64,000 nucleotides of DNA from Atopobium sp. (lineage in GTDB: Bacteria > Actinomycetota > Coriobacteriia > Coriobacteriales > Atopobiaceae), in assembly GCA_015258835.1 (NCBI GenBank), contig JABZHN010000002.1, forward strand, positions 16,624 to 80,623, given 5' to 3'. Below, piece by piece: positions 50,497 through 60,980 of this stretch; the stretch's first letter is position 1; each line of letters opens with the position of its first letter. The position numbers and the translations under genes are program-made. The notes under the pieces were generated by a model. The model did not search any database. It was not told the origin of the DNA and saw nothing but the letters and a program-made list of their open reading frames with translations.

Positions 50497-50715
50497 TTGG
50501 CTAAACAAGACGCGATTGAGCTTGAAGGCAAGGTACTAGAACCCCTGCCAAACGCTATGTTTAACGTTGAGTTAGAGAACGGCAAGACCATCCTTTGCAC
50601 CATCTCAGGTAAGATTCGAATGAATTACATTCGAATTCTCCCTGGTGATAAGGTTGTAGTAGAGATTTCTCCTTACGATCTTACCAGGGGTCGCATTACC
50701 TACCGTTATAAGTAA
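50497..50715 (+). CDS. infA: Translation initiation factor IF-1
   Basis: [29 protein letters not shown]… S1-like OB fold. TTG start. Confidence 0.9.
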   Translation: MAKQDAIELEGKVLEPLPNAMFNVELENGKTILCTISGKIRMNYIRILPGDKVVVEISPYDLTRGRITYRYK

Positions 50716-50861
50716 GTAATGCAAAAGTCTTGTGCCATGCATGAGGCTATCTGTGTCTTTGCGCACGTTGCAAGGGCATATGTACGTAAGTACAGTCGGT
50801 ATTTCACGCCAGCGGCTGGGCGAGTATATAGTTCGTATCAGCAGAACCGAAAGGAAGACAC

Positions 50862-50975
50862 ATGAAGGTACGTCCTTCGGTAAAGAAGATGTGCGACAAG
50901 TGCAAAGTCATCCGTCGCCACGGTAAGGTTTACGTGATTTGCGAGAACCCGCGCCACAAGCAGCGTCAGGGCTAA
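50862..50975 (+). CDS. rpmJ: 50S ribosomal protein L36
   Basis: 37 aa [37 protein letters not shown], with RBS AAGGAAG. It is too short for the ORF track. Confidence 0.9.
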   Translation: MKVRPSVKKMCDKCKVIRRHGKVYVICENPRHKQRQG

Positions 50976-50990
50976 GGAAGGAGCACCAAG

Positions 50991-51359
50991 TTGGCCCGTA
51001 TTAACGGCGTCGACCTGCCACGCGATAAGCGTGTTGAGGTCGGACTCACCTATCTTTACGGCATTGGTCAGACTCGTGCAACCAAGATTTGCAACGAGAC
51101 TGGTATCGATGTAAATACTCGCGTCAAGGACCTCACAGAGGAAGAAGTCACTAAGATTCGTGACTTTATTGACGCTCATTACACCACCGAGGGCGATCTT
51201 CGCCGCGAGGTGCGTCAGAATGTTGCCCGCCTGATGGAGATTGGCTGCTACCGCGGCCTCCGTCACCGCAAGGGCCTCCCTGTCCACGGTCAGCGTACCC
51301 ACACTAACGCTCGTACTCGTAAGGGTAAGAAGCGTCAGGTGGGCGGCAAGAAGAAGTAG
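50991..51359 (+). CDS. rpsM: 30S ribosomal protein S13
   Basis: [26 protein letters not shown]…. Confidence 0.95.
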   Translation: MARINGVDLPRDKRVEVGLTYLYGIGQTRATKICNETGIDVNTRVKDLTEEEVTKIRDFIDAHYTTEGDLRREVRQNVARLMEIGCYRGLRHRKGLPVHGQRTHTNARTRKGKKRQVGGKKK

Positions 51360-51373
51360 GCGAGGAGTAGCTA

Positions 51374-51775
51374 ATGGCACAGAAAAAGAACGCTCGCACT
51401 ACACGCGTCCGCCGCTCCGAGCGTAAAAACATTGCAGTGGGCCAGGCCCACATCAAGAGCACATTCAATAACACGATTGTCTCTATTTCCGATCCCCAGG
51501 GTAATGTAATTTCCTGGCAGTCCGGTGGTACCGTCGGCTTCAAGGGCTCTCGTAAGTCCACTCCTTTTGCTGCACAGCTTGCAGCAGAGGCAGCAGCAAA
51601 GGCAGCAATGGAGCACGGTCTCCACAAGGTAGCTGTTTTTGTTAAGGGCCCAGGCTCTGGTCGCGAGACCGCAATCCGTTCCCTTCAGGCAGCAGGCCTT
51701 GAGGTTTCGGGTATTCAGGATAAGACACCTATTGCACACAACGGCTGCCGTCCTAAAAAGCGCCGTCGCAACTAG
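51374..51775 (+). CDS. rpsK: 30S ribosomal protein S11
   Basis: Conserved sequence. Confidence 0.95.
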   Translation: MAQKKNARTTRVRRSERKNIAVGQAHIKSTFNNTIVSISDPQGNVISWQSGGTVGFKGSRKSTPFAAQLAAEAAAKAAMEHGLHKVAVFVKGPGSGRETAIRSLQAAGLEVSGIQDKTPIAHNGCRPKKRRRN

Positions 51776-51792
51776 CACGAAAGGACAAGCAA

Positions 51793-52386
51793 ATGGCAAT
51801 TGATAGGACCCCGGTCCTTAAAAGATGTCGTCAGCTTGGCATCGATCCCGTTGTGATGGGGATCAATAAGACTTCTAACCGTGAGCCACGTCGCCGTCGT
51901 CGCCAGGAGAGCGAGTACGGTATGCAGCTCCGTGAGAAGCAGAAGGCTAAGTTCATTTACGGCGTCCTTGAGAACCAGTTCCACGGTTACTATGAGATGG
52001 CTAAGAAGAACCCAGGCATTACTGGTGACAACCTGATGAGCATCCTTGAGACTCGTCTTGACAACGTCATCTTCCGCCTTGGCTTTGCTCGTACACGTAA
52101 AGAGGCTCGTCAGACTGTCCGTCACGGTCACATCACCGTTAACGGTCAGCGCGTTGACATTCCTTCTTATCGCGTAAAGAGCGGCGATGTTATCGCTGTT
52201 GCTTCCAAGGCAAAGGATCTTCTTCCAATCAAGGAAGCTCTCATTTCCTCCGAGCACATGGCAGTTCCTGCATGGCTTGAGGTTGACATTGAGAAGCTGC
52301 AGGGCACTGTTCTTCAGCTTCCAACCCGCGATCAGATCGACCTTGAGATTGACGCACAGCTGATCGTCGAGCTCTACTCCAAGTAA
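51793..52386 (+). CDS. rpsD: 30S ribosomal protein S4
   Basis: Conserved sequence with S4 domain. Confidence 0.95.
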   Translation: MAIDRTPVLKRCRQLGIDPVVMGINKTSNREPRRRRRQESEYGMQLREKQKAKFIYGVLENQFHGYYEMAKKNPGITGDNLMSILETRLDNVIFRLGFARTRKEARQTVRHGHITVNGQRVDIPSYRVKSGDVIAVASKAKDLLPIKEALISSEHMAVPAWLEVDIEKLQGTVLQLPTRDQIDLEIDAQLIVELYSK

Positions 52387-52410
52387 GCCCGACCCGTTTT
52401 GGAGGTAGCA

Positions 52411-53352
52411 ATGTCCGAATTTATCCGACCAAACGTGTCGGTAGATGAAATCGGCGCAAACGTCGCTCGTGTGAGCGTAGAGCCGCTTGAGCGTGGCTAT
52501 GGTGACACGCTTGGCAACTCCCTCCGCCGCGTACTGCTTTCCTCTCTTGAGGGAGCTGCGGTTGAGGCCATCCAGATTGATGGCGTTCAGCATGAGTTCA
52601 CTACGGTTGAAGGCGTCTATGAGGACGTTACTGACATCGTTCTGAACGTTAAGGGCCTAGTTTTCCGCAACACCAACAACTCTGATGAGGCTGAGGCTTC
52701 CATCTCTGTTGATGGTCCTTGCAAAGTCACTGGTGCTGATCTTGATGTTCCTATGGGCTACGAGCTGGTTAACCCAGCTCAGCACATTTGCACTCTTGCT
52801 GAGGGAGCTCATCTTTCCATGAGACTTCGCCTTGGTAATGGTCGTGGTTATGTTTCCGGTGAGGATAACGAGCGTGAGAGCGATCCAATTGGATTCATTC
52901 ACGTTGACTCGATCTTCTCGCCAGTTCGCCGCTGCGCTAAGGCTGTTGAGCCTTGCCGTGTTGGCCGTCACACCGACTATGATCGTCTGGTGCTTGAGGT
53001 TGAGACCAATGGTGCAATCAGCCCTCGCGAGGCTGTCGTTGAGGCTGCAAACATCATTAACCAGCACATGAGCGCATTCATGGGACTTACTGATTTTGAC
53101 GAGACTCAGGAAGAGGCTTCGATTTTTGCTAAGGCAGACGTCGAGGACGATTCCGAGCTTGAGAAGCAGGTTGAGGATTTGGACCTTTCCGTCCGTTCTT
53201 ACAACTGCCTCAAGCGTGCAGGAATTCACTCTGTCCGTCAGCTCGTTGATTTCTCTGAGAACGATCTTCTCAACATCAGAAACTTTGGTGTTAAGTCTAT
53301 TGAAGAAGTCAAGGAAAAGCTCGAGAGCATGGGCCTGTCCCTTAAGGCTTAG
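52411..53352 (+). CDS. rpoA: DNA-directed RNA polymerase subunit alpha
   Basis: Start MSEFIRPN… with RBS GGAGGT. The alpha-CTD HhH is …VRSYNCLKRAGIHSVRQLVDFSENDLLNIRNFGVKSIEEVKEKL…. Confidence 0.95.
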   Translation: MSEFIRPNVSVDEIGANVARVSVEPLERGYGDTLGNSLRRVLLSSLEGAAVEAIQIDGVQHEFTTVEGVYEDVTDIVLNVKGLVFRNTNNSDEAEASISVDGPCKVTGADLDVPMGYELVNPAQHICTLAEGAHLSMRLRLGNGRGYVSGEDNERESDPIGFIHVDSIFSPVRRCAKAVEPCRVGRHTDYDRLVLEVETNGAISPREAVVEAANIINQHMSAFMGLTDFDETQEEASIFAKADVEDDSELEKQVEDLDLSVRSYNCLKRAGIHSVRQLVDFSENDLLNIRNFGVKSIEEVKEKLESMGLSLKA

Positions 53353-53385
53353 TCGCGCCTTGTCACGCATAGGAGAATGTAAATT

Positions 53386-53871
53386 ATGAGGCACAATAAG
53401 AAGAGGGGCATGAAGCTTGGTACTGATGCTAGCCACACCAAGGCCATCAAGAAGAGCCTGATCCAAGCCCTTTTCACTAACGATCGTATTAAGACTCTTG
53501 ACGTCCGCGCTAAGGCAGTTCGCGGCGAGGTCGACAAGGTCATCACTTGGGCAAAGCGCGGCGACCTTCACGCTCGTCGTCTTGCTATGGCCAAGGTTGG
53601 TAACGCAGAGCTTGTCCGTGAGGTATTTGACAAGGCTGCTCAGGGTATGTGGGCTGACCGCAACGGCGGCTACACCCGTATCATGAAGCTTGGTCCTCGT
53701 AAGGGCGATGCTTCTGAGGTTGTTATCCTTGAGCTCGTTACCGAGCCAGTTCAGCCAAAGGCTTCTAACAAGAAGGCTAAGGCTACCAAGGTTGCTCCTG
53801 CTCCTGTAAAGGAAGAGGAGACCGAGGCTCCAGCAGAGGAGACCGAGCAGACCGAAGAGGCTGCAGAGTAA
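53386..53871 (+). CDS. rplQ: 50S ribosomal protein L17 with a Lys/Ala/Glu-rich C-terminal tail
   Basis: The L17 core is followed by a low-complexity tail of about 40 aa. Confidence 0.9.
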   Translation: MRHNKKRGMKLGTDASHTKAIKKSLIQALFTNDRIKTLDVRAKAVRGEVDKVITWAKRGDLHARRLAMAKVGNAELVREVFDKAAQGMWADRNGGYTRIMKLGPRKGDASEVVILELVTEPVQPKASNKKAKATKVAPAPVKEEETEAPAEETEQTEEAAE

Positions 53872-53893
53872 CTTCTGTCAAAGTGAATCTGAA

Positions 53894-53925
53894 GAGGTCC
53901 TGGCTTTTTGCTGGGACCTCTTTTT
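53894..53925 (+). terminator. Rho-independent terminator after rplQ
   Basis: GAGGTCCTGG-ctttttg-CTGGGACCTC followed by TTTTTC. Confidence 0.75.
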
Positions 53926-53944
53926 CAAATGAAGGAGGGTTGTC

Positions 53945-55657
53945 ATGATTGAGTTCAAAAACGTATCTTTCGCATACGGTACGTCAGCTGCAGCACAATC
54001 TTTGACTGACTCTGCTTCTAAAGATGCCATAGGAGCCACTGAGAGCCAATCTCCGCACCCAATGGCACTAACTCTTGATAACGTTTCATTTACCCTAAAG
54101 CCGGGCTCTAGAACGGTTGTGCTTGGCCACAATGGTTCAGGCAAGTCAACGCTTGCAAATCTTTGTAATGCATCACTTTTTCCTCTATCCGGAGAGGTTT
54201 TAGTAGACGGCAATTCAGTGACCGTAGTGCCGTCTACTCAGATTTCTTCCGTTGTGGGAATGGTTCGTCAAGATCCAACAGCGCAGCTTGTTTGTGCAAC
54301 TGTCTTTGATGAAGTTGCCTTTGGTCCTGCTAATCTTGGTTTGCCAAAAGAAGAGATAGTTTCTTGCGTTACTCAAACACTGGAGCTTTGTGGCATTGCC
54401 GATTTGATTGATGCGCCTACCCATACGCTTTCTGGAGGCCAACAGCAGCTTGTTTCTATTGCAGCAGCGCTTTCAGTGCATCCACGTTATCTGGTGCTTG
54501 ATGAGGCATTTGCTCAGCTTGATACTCGATTCAGAAATCACCTTTCTAACCTGGTAAACACTCTTGTTACAAACGGAATGGGTATGCTTGAGATTTCTCA
54601 TTCGTTTGAGTCTCTTCCCGGGGCTGACCAGGTACTTGTTTTGGAGAAAGGCCAGCTAGTTTGGTCGGGAACTCCCACAGAGTTTCTCTTGGATGCAAAT
54701 GCAATCGCAAACGCTGGTTTTGATGATGCACTCACAGCAACAGCGCATATAGCTGCACAGGCTGGCTATAAGTTTGATGTGCCTTTTAACGCATCAGAGT
54801 TTGTTGCGTTTCTTGTTCAGAACAACCTTGCGTTTGACGCTTTGGATACCCTTGTGTATCAGCGTGCTCTTGAGGTAGTGCGAGCAAATAACTATGACGG
54901 AATACAAGCGCTTGGAGAGGCGCACGAGTTGGCAATTTGTGGCGTTTCTCATGCGTTTGACAAGCCAGTCCTGCACGATATAACGCTTTCTTCCACGGGG
55001 GAGCTTACTGTTTTGGTGGGCGCTTCTGGTTCTGGAAAAACAACCTGTGCCCGAATAGCTGCTGGCCTCATAGAGGCTGATACTGGTCATGCAACAATCG
55101 ATGCACGACTAGTAAGTCCTGGAGATGTCGGCATGTGTTTCCAGCGCCCTCAAGATCAGCTCTTTGCCCAAACTGTTGCTGAAGATATTGCGTTTGGTCC
55201 AACTAACAAGGGTTTCTCGCCAGATGATGTTGAGGCGCTTGTCGCGTATGCGGCAGCGCGGGTGGGACTTGACCAGCAGGCCATGGACGCGTCTCCGTTG
55301 ACGCTTTCTGGTGGCCAGGCTCGTCGCGCAGCGCTTGCAGGAACGCTGGCCTGCGCAACGTACGCGGTAGTGTTTGATGAGGCAACGTCTGGACTTGATG
55401 GTGAGGCGCGCTCGCAGGTGCTGCATCTTGCTCGTGAGCTGGCAAACGAAGGCAAAGCGGTTTTTGCAATCACCCATGATGTAAGTGAATGGCTTCCTTT
55501 TGCTGACAGAGTAGTGTTTCTCGAGAAGGGCTGTGTTGTTGCAGACGTCAACGTACAAGAAGCGCAGACAACCCCAGAGATATACGAGGCTGCGCAGCTT
55601 GATTGCCCGCTGTTTGTAAGCGTATTGCATGAGCTTTTGGAGGCCTGCTATGTCTAA
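53945..55657 (+). CDS. ecfA: Energy-coupling-factor transporter ATPase, fused EcfA1-EcfA2 (two ABC nucleotide-binding domains)
   Basis: Two Walker A sites (GHNGSGKST, GASGSGKTT) and two LSGGQ signatures. Its position after rplQ is as in Firmicutes ecfA-ecfA'-ecfT. Confidence 0.85.
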   Translation: MIEFKNVSFAYGTSAAAQSLTDSASKDAIGATESQSPHPMALTLDNVSFTLKPGSRTVVLGHNGSGKSTLANLCNASLFPLSGEVLVDGNSVTVVPSTQISSVVGMVRQDPTAQLVCATVFDEVAFGPANLGLPKEEIVSCVTQTLELCGIADLIDAPTHTLSGGQQQLVSIAAALSVHPRYLVLDEAFAQLDTRFRNHLSNLVNTLVTNGMGMLEISHSFESLPGADQVLVLEKGQLVWSGTPTEFLLDANAIANAGFDDALTATAHIAAQAGYKFDVPFNASEFVAFLVQNNLAFDALDTLVYQRALEVVRANNYDGIQALGEAHELAICGVSHAFDKPVLHDITLSSTGELTVLVGASGSGKTTCARIAAGLIEADTGHATIDARLVSPGDVGMCFQRPQDQLFAQTVAEDIAFGPTNKGFSPDDVEALVAYAAARVGLDQQAMDASPLTLSGGQARRAALAGTLACATYAVVFDEATSGLDGEARSQVLHLARELANEGKAVFAITHDVSEWLPFADRVVFLEKGCVVADVNVQEAQTTPEIYEAAQLDCPLFVSVLHELLEACYV

Positions 55658-56426
55658 GTGCCCCTGTGCTCTGCTTAAGCACTTCTCGCTTGCTTCATTG
55701 ACAGCGCAGACAAAAATCGTTGCCACTTTTGTGGGTATTGTTGCTCTCTTCTCAGTACAGCAGCCACTTGCCTTTGCGGTGTTCGCCTTGATTTGTGTGA
55801 GCCTTTTGTGGAGTGCTCGTGTAAGCTTGCCAGAGTTTTTGCGCGTAGCAAAGCCTGCAGCGTTCATTTTGCTTATATCATTTGTGACCAATACGCTGGT
55901 ATTTATTGGACATCCCGATATTATTTTCTCCGGATCAGTCGGTCTTTCTGTGGCGGGTTTTTACAGAAGCACCGTGGCTATTGCCCGCGTGTTGCTTGCC
56001 TTAGCACTGGTTTTATCAGTAGCATCAACAACTACTCCTACGCAGCTTGCTGATGGCTTTTCTGTACTGTTGCTGCCGCTGCGTCTTATTCGTGTTGACG
56101 TTGATGGTTTGAGCATTGTGCTCTCAATTGCGCTGAGGGCAATTCCGCTTACCTTAGAAGAACTCGACAGAATTAGAGCAGCTCAGAGGGCACGTGGATT
56201 CAATTTTGAATCGGGCGGTATTGTTGAGCGCATCAAAAAGTGGTTTACGCTTTTGGTACCGCTGACCGTCTCGCTCTTTCAGCGCGCAGATCAGATGGCG
56301 CAAACAATGACAGATCGCTGTCTTGGTGTAGCAAAACGCACGCGTATCTCTGCAAAAATGCAGCTTGTTGACTGGGTAGTGTTGCTGCTCTGGTCTGTGC
56401 TGTGCTTTAGCCTTGCAACGCTGTAG
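55650..56426 (+). CDS. ecfT: Energy-coupling-factor transporter transmembrane subunit EcfT
   Basis: Polytopic membrane protein of the CbiQ family. The ATG at 55650 overlaps the ecfA stop. Confidence 0.8.
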   Translation: MSKCPCALLKHFSLASLTAQTKIVATFVGIVALFSVQQPLAFAVFALICVSLLWSARVSLPEFLRVAKPAAFILLISFVTNTLVFIGHPDIIFSGSVGLSVAGFYRSTVAIARVLLALALVLSVASTTTPTQLADGFSVLLLPLRLIRVDVDGLSIVLSIALRAIPLTLEELDRIRAAQRARGFNFESGGIVERIKKWFTLLVPLTVSLFQRADQMAQTMTDRCLGVAKRTRISAKMQLVDWVVLLLWSVLCFSLATL

Positions 56427-56570
56427 TGATCTTGCATTGCTGGGACAGTCTTGCAACGCTGTAGCGGGTTTGCAACGCTGTAGCGCTGGCGTTTGTTGTC
56501 GCGTAGCGTGCGCTTTCTTTGAGCCTACGATACAATCACTCTAGTGGGCAAAGTCATTCCAGGGAGCTTC

Positions 56571-57467
56571 ATGAACTCAGAAACATCACAGAATATTGCA
56601 TCAAATTGCAGTTTTGATGCATGCGAGGAGTCTTCGGCTGAACCTTCAGTTCCTGAGACTCTCGCTAAAGCTTCTTCTGAGCCTGAAGCCACGCTTGTTA
56701 TCCAGCTAGGTTATCGCGGCGCTGCATTCTGCGGCTTTGCCGAGCAGCCCACTCAGCGCACCGTGGCAGGCGACCTTCGCCGCGCGCTTCAGACCGTTTT
56801 GCGCAGAGAGGTCGAGCTCACCTGCGCGGGCAGAACCGACGCCGGCGTGCACGCCCAGGCCCAGTACGTGAGCCTACCTGTGTACGGCGCTGAGCTGGCG
56901 CTGTCTGGCGAGAAACTCGTCCGCTCGCTTACCGCTCTGACCGACGATGACATCTCTATCCGACAACTCTTCCGCGCCCCACAGGGTTTCTCGGCACGCT
57001 TTGATGCCCAGGCTCGCTCGTACCGCTATCGCATTTGTGCAGGTAGCGCTCGTCCCGTGCTGGGCTGGGACCACGTGTGGTGGTACAACGGCCACTTGGA
57101 CGCAGAGCTTATGGACAAGGCGGCGCAGGCGTTGGTGGGGGAGCACGATTTCAAGAGCTTCTGCAAGGCAATTTCTGCCGAGGGCAAGCCAACACATCGT
57201 TTTGTGGAGCGCCTTACCGTTGAAGAAATTGAAGAAGCTGGCGAGAAACTCATTGCAGTTGATATTACGGGAAACGCCTTCTTGCATAACATGGTGCGCA
57301 CGATTGTGGGCACGCTGGTTGAGATTGGCCGAGGTCACAGGCCTGTTGAGTGGATCGACGAGGTTCTAGCTGCTCAGAATAGAATTGCCGCTGGTAGTTG
57401 TGCGCCTGCTCAGGGCCTCACGTTTGTAAGCGTTCGCTATCCAGAGGGTGTTTTGCAACCCTGGTAG
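56571..57467 (+). CDS. truA: tRNA pseudouridine(38-40) synthase TruA
   Basis: …LGYRGAAFCGFAEQ…GRTDAGVHAQAQ… with the catalytic Asp context. ATG 56571 is preferred (GGGAG RBS) over the GTG at 56544. Confidence 0.85.
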   Translation: MNSETSQNIASNCSFDACEESSAEPSVPETLAKASSEPEATLVIQLGYRGAAFCGFAEQPTQRTVAGDLRRALQTVLRREVELTCAGRTDAGVHAQAQYVSLPVYGAELALSGEKLVRSLTALTDDDISIRQLFRAPQGFSARFDAQARSYRYRICAGSARPVLGWDHVWWYNGHLDAELMDKAAQALVGEHDFKSFCKAISAEGKPTHRFVERLTVEEIEEAGEKLIAVDITGNAFLHNMVRTIVGTLVEIGRGHRPVEWIDEVLAAQNRIAAGSCAPAQGLTFVSVRYPEGVLQPW

Positions 57468-57665
57468 CGCTTTCGGTTCCTTGATTGAGTCGTAGTATCT
57501 GTGTGCCAATCCAGCTTCATCGGTCTTCTCGCGCCGTTCACGAAGACTTTTCTACCACTTGTATTGTGTGCGGTGGTTTCCCTCGCAAAGAAATAGCATC
57601 ATAGAAGAGAGCGTCTTTTTTAGGAGCTCTTGCAGAACTGATGAGCAGTGAGGCAGGGAGCCAGT

Positions 57666-58406
57666 ATGTTTAGGAAAAGAGAAAGATTTGAGCGCAGCGA
57701 TGTTCCGCGTGAGAATCCCTATACCAACGTGATTGGCCTCGCCGTAATTGCCATTGTTGCCGTGCTTGTGGGTATTGTCGTTGTAACTCTTTGGGATCGC
57801 GCGCAGCTTGAGTCTCACTTGGGAGATCATGGGCTTAACAAGGCTGTAAAGAGCCAAAGTGTTTCAGGCAATCCGGATGGCACTACACAATCTGATGATG
57901 ACTTTCTTACCTATGCCGTTATCAGCACAAATTCGCTTAAGGCAGGGGATTCGACTCTTCAGTCTGTACGGCTTTTGGTCATTGATCGCACGCAGGGAAC
58001 CGGCCATATAGTGTCTATTCCTACTGATGTGTATGCAGAAGTAGACTCAAACGCTAAAACACTGGCAGATATTTACAAAGATGACGGTCAGAGCGCTTTT
58101 GTTAGTGCACTTGCTTCTGTCACCAACATCAAGATTACGCACGTTATCATTGCCACAGATGATGTGTGGGAGAAAATCTCGGCACTTTCTGGTTCGGGCG
58201 CTCGTTCACTGGTAAGCAATGCTTCTAGTTTGTTGTCTTCAATGATTACCGATATGAATCCCAATCAGCTTCTTGAGCTTGTAGAGATTGTGCAGCCAAT
58301 TGGCGTGTCTAATCTTGAGCATGATGAAGCTCCTGTTGTTGAAGGTTCAAGTGGCACTACCGTTGACCCTACGGCCTTAGGAAAGCTTGTTGGCATGCTC
58401 GTATAG
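57666..58406 (+). CDS. Membrane-anchored LytR-CpsA-Psr (LCP)-like protein; divergent, so assignment is tentative
   Basis: N-terminal TM helix followed by …LLVIDRTQGTGHIVSIPTDVYAEVD…, which resembles an LCP core but lacks the canonical Arg/Asp residues. Confidence 0.4.
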   Translation: MFRKRERFERSDVPRENPYTNVIGLAVIAIVAVLVGIVVVTLWDRAQLESHLGDHGLNKAVKSQSVSGNPDGTTQSDDDFLTYAVISTNSLKAGDSTLQSVRLLVIDRTQGTGHIVSIPTDVYAEVDSNAKTLADIYKDDGQSAFVSALASVTNIKITHVIIATDDVWEKISALSGSGARSLVSNASSLLSSMITDMNPNQLLELVEIVQPIGVSNLEHDEAPVVEGSSGTTVDPTALGKLVGMLV

Positions 58407-58578
58407 ACGTTATGGGCGTTGTGTGTAGCGCCGCTCCTGCAAAATAGGTCAGATGTCCACATAACAGCAGTTAAACACGATATGTGGAGAGATTTTGATA
58501 GAATAAAAATGTCTTTTTAATTCACTTTTTATGGGTAAACTGGTATCTAAAATTTAGGACCAGTTTGGGGGATGTGGA

Positions 58579-59619
58579 ATGCACGAGCGCTCATACAATC
58601 CACATATGATTTCGGTTCTCATGGCTGCTGATAATGATGCTGATGCTATTAGAACGGTAATTAGGCAACTTCAAGAGCAGACATATCCTCATTGGGAGCT
58701 CATCATCGTTGACAACAGTTCCGATCCCCAGATTGCTCGCATGTTAGATAACCTTGCCAATCAAGAGCCTCGTTTAGATGTCTTGTGCCAATCAGGCATT
58801 AGCCATTTTGTTGCGCTTGAGATTGCTCAGGGTCGTGCTCGCGGAGCTTATACGCTTACCACTGAGCCTTCTTATAGGTTTAACTCCCACCTTTTGCAGG
58901 AGCTTTATTCTGCAGCTACTGCTTTGGGTCCTGTTGGTTCACCTAAAGCGGCTGATATTGTTATTGCGCATATGAAAACTGCCAATTCACCTATGGAATG
59001 CAAAAAGGTTTTTGGTTCAAAAGCTTCTGCATTGTTGCAGGTATTTGAGGAGTCGCAGCTTCCTTATTTGACGTCTATGAGCGGAAAGCTGTGCTCAACA
59101 CGCATTTTGACCGAGATTAAGCATGAGCCAGAGACTGATGGCGAGTGCAATTTTGTTGGCTACTGTTTTGAGATTGCAAAACATGTTACGTACGCCCCAG
59201 AAGCAATTTTTGTTGATGTACCAAAGGAATCTTCTGAGGAAGAAATAACTATTGCTGCTTCTATGGATGAACTTACTCAGGAACGTCAGGCACTCATGGC
59301 TCTTGCCAAGCATCTTGGCTTTGCAAACTCCAAAAAAGTTCAAAAGTTGATTAGTCGCTACTTGATCAGCAAACTTCTTATGAATATGTATCCTGTATTC
59401 AACGAAGAATCCCAGCTCAGCCATGAGGAAAAAGAAAACTTTATCGTCAAGATTCTTTCTAATCCTGTAGCGCACCTTATTGTCACTGAAGCAACTTCTC
59501 CGCGACTGGTAGCTCATGCCTTGCTTGGTGCTATTTTGTCTACTACAACACAAGCTCGTTATGCCTATGTACGTAGAGCCGTATGGTATGCACGTTTTAT
59601 GCGCATTCCACTGGTATAA
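58579..59619 (+). CDS. Family-2 glycosyltransferase
   Basis: …ISVLMAADNDADAIRTVIRQLQEQTYPHWELIIVDNSSDP… GT-A fold N-terminus. GC is lower, about 43%. Confidence 0.7.
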   Translation: MHERSYNPHMISVLMAADNDADAIRTVIRQLQEQTYPHWELIIVDNSSDPQIARMLDNLANQEPRLDVLCQSGISHFVALEIAQGRARGAYTLTTEPSYRFNSHLLQELYSAATALGPVGSPKAADIVIAHMKTANSPMECKKVFGSKASALLQVFEESQLPYLTSMSGKLCSTRILTEIKHEPETDGECNFVGYCFEIAKHVTYAPEAIFVDVPKESSEEEITIAASMDELTQERQALMALAKHLGFANSKKVQKLISRYLISKLLMNMYPVFNEESQLSHEEKENFIVKILSNPVAHLIVTEATSPRLVAHALLGAILSTTTQARYAYVRRAVWYARFMRIPLV

Positions 59620-59740
59620 GCTGCAGTGACACATAAGCAGCATCAAAATTTAACTGTGTGATTCTAGAGTAACCCTGGCGATTTGTGTTTAGGGCTAGTC
59701 TTTATAGCTATCCTTAAGAGCCAGTCTTTAGAACCAAATC

Positions 59741-60907
59741 TTAACGCCTGTCCATGAGCGATTTAAACGTTTGTGCTATGCCGTCATTTTTGACACGGAA
59801 AAATCCCTCTTTGGCTAGATATGCATAGCGTGCAAACTTGTTATCTTTTGGCAGAGCAATACCTCGCACCTGTGCAAAGAAAGCCTTTCCAGAGCCTGAG
59901 ATTGCTGGGTTTTCAAACACGCGCTTTGCGTCCATGCGCTCAAAGCTCTTGGCGAGAAGATCGTGCACTTCTGAGTCAGTCTCACCTGCAGCATCATGTT
60001 CTTCTCGCCAGGTAAGCGCGTCTTTTGTAAGCAGCGCGTAGTTGATGCCGCGCAGTGTGAGCGCGTTGAGCACCACGTCTGAGGTAATGTTGCGTGCGTC
60101 CACAACATCCATCATGTCGTTCCAGCGCTCAAGCGGAATTTTAGGCTGACGCTGCGCAAAGGTAGCGGCTTCTGCATAGCCATTCTCGCGATAGTTGTAG
60201 AGCGCAGAGTCTGTGTACACTATGCGAGCTCTGCAGCAATGCGAGGCAATGAGGAAGGGGTTGTCCACCCAGCCTGCACCGGGGACTTCTTTGAAATTGA
60301 TGTGGTTCTGGGTTAAGAATTCCTTGCGATAGAGCGCCGTCCAAATGGCAGGATGGTGCAGTAGAAGCTGTGCCATCTGATCAATTGAACAAGGCAGCTG
60401 CTTGGGTTTGACGCGGCCCTTATATGCGCAGGGAACTCTGTACTCGGCAGCGCCGGCAGCAGCTTTAAACTGCGACTTTGCTCCCGCACGGCCATTTTTC
60501 TGATTGCCAAATACGCGCCAATAGGCAGAGCGGGCAATATCTACCTGGCTTTCTCCACCGTTTGCTTGGATAAGATCAACAAGCTCTTGAACCATGCTTG
60601 GCTCAAGGTAATCGTCAGGCTCTACAATACCCACCCATGAGCCGTGAGCTGCGGCAATGCCACGATTACACGTTGCTCCGTAACCCTCATTTTCTTTGTC
60701 GATGATGATTATGCGACCATCACGGGCAGCGTATGCTTCCAAAAGAGCCAAAGACGAGTCAGTTGAGCCATCGTTTAGGCAGATAATCTCCAGGTTTGTG
60801 TAGCTCTGTGATTGAATACTTGCCAGGCATTGCTCCAGATAGTCTGCAACGTTGTATATGGGCACAACAAGAGAAACCAAAGGTTGGTGGTTTTGAGCGT
60901 GACTCAT
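59741..60907 (-). CDS. Family-2 glycosyltransferase with a C-terminal accessory domain
   Basis: …LVSLVVPIYNVADYLEQCLASIQSQSYTNLEIICLNDGSTDSS…GIVEPDDY… (DXD). Confidence 0.75.
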   Translation of the reverse strand: MSHAQNHQPLVSLVVPIYNVADYLEQCLASIQSQSYTNLEIICLNDGSTDSSLALLEAYAARDGRIIIIDKENEGYGATCNRGIAAAHGSWVGIVEPDDYLEPSMVQELVDLIQANGGESQVDIARSAYWRVFGNQKNGRAGAKSQFKAAAGAAEYRVPCAYKGRVKPKQLPCSIDQMAQLLLHHPAIWTALYRKEFLTQNHINFKEVPGAGWVDNPFLIASHCCRARIVYTDSALYNYRENGYAEAATFAQRQPKIPLERWNDMMDVVDARNITSDVVLNALTLRGINYALLTKDALTWREEHDAAGETDSEVHDLLAKSFERMDAKRVFENPAISGSGKAFFAQVRGIALPKDNKFARYAYLAKEGFFRVKNDGIAQTFKSLMDRR

Positions 60908-60980
60908 CTAAACTCCTTTTGATTGCTGCTTTATACTATATAGGCATCAACTCACTCACGAAGTCACATTTTGAGGAAAT

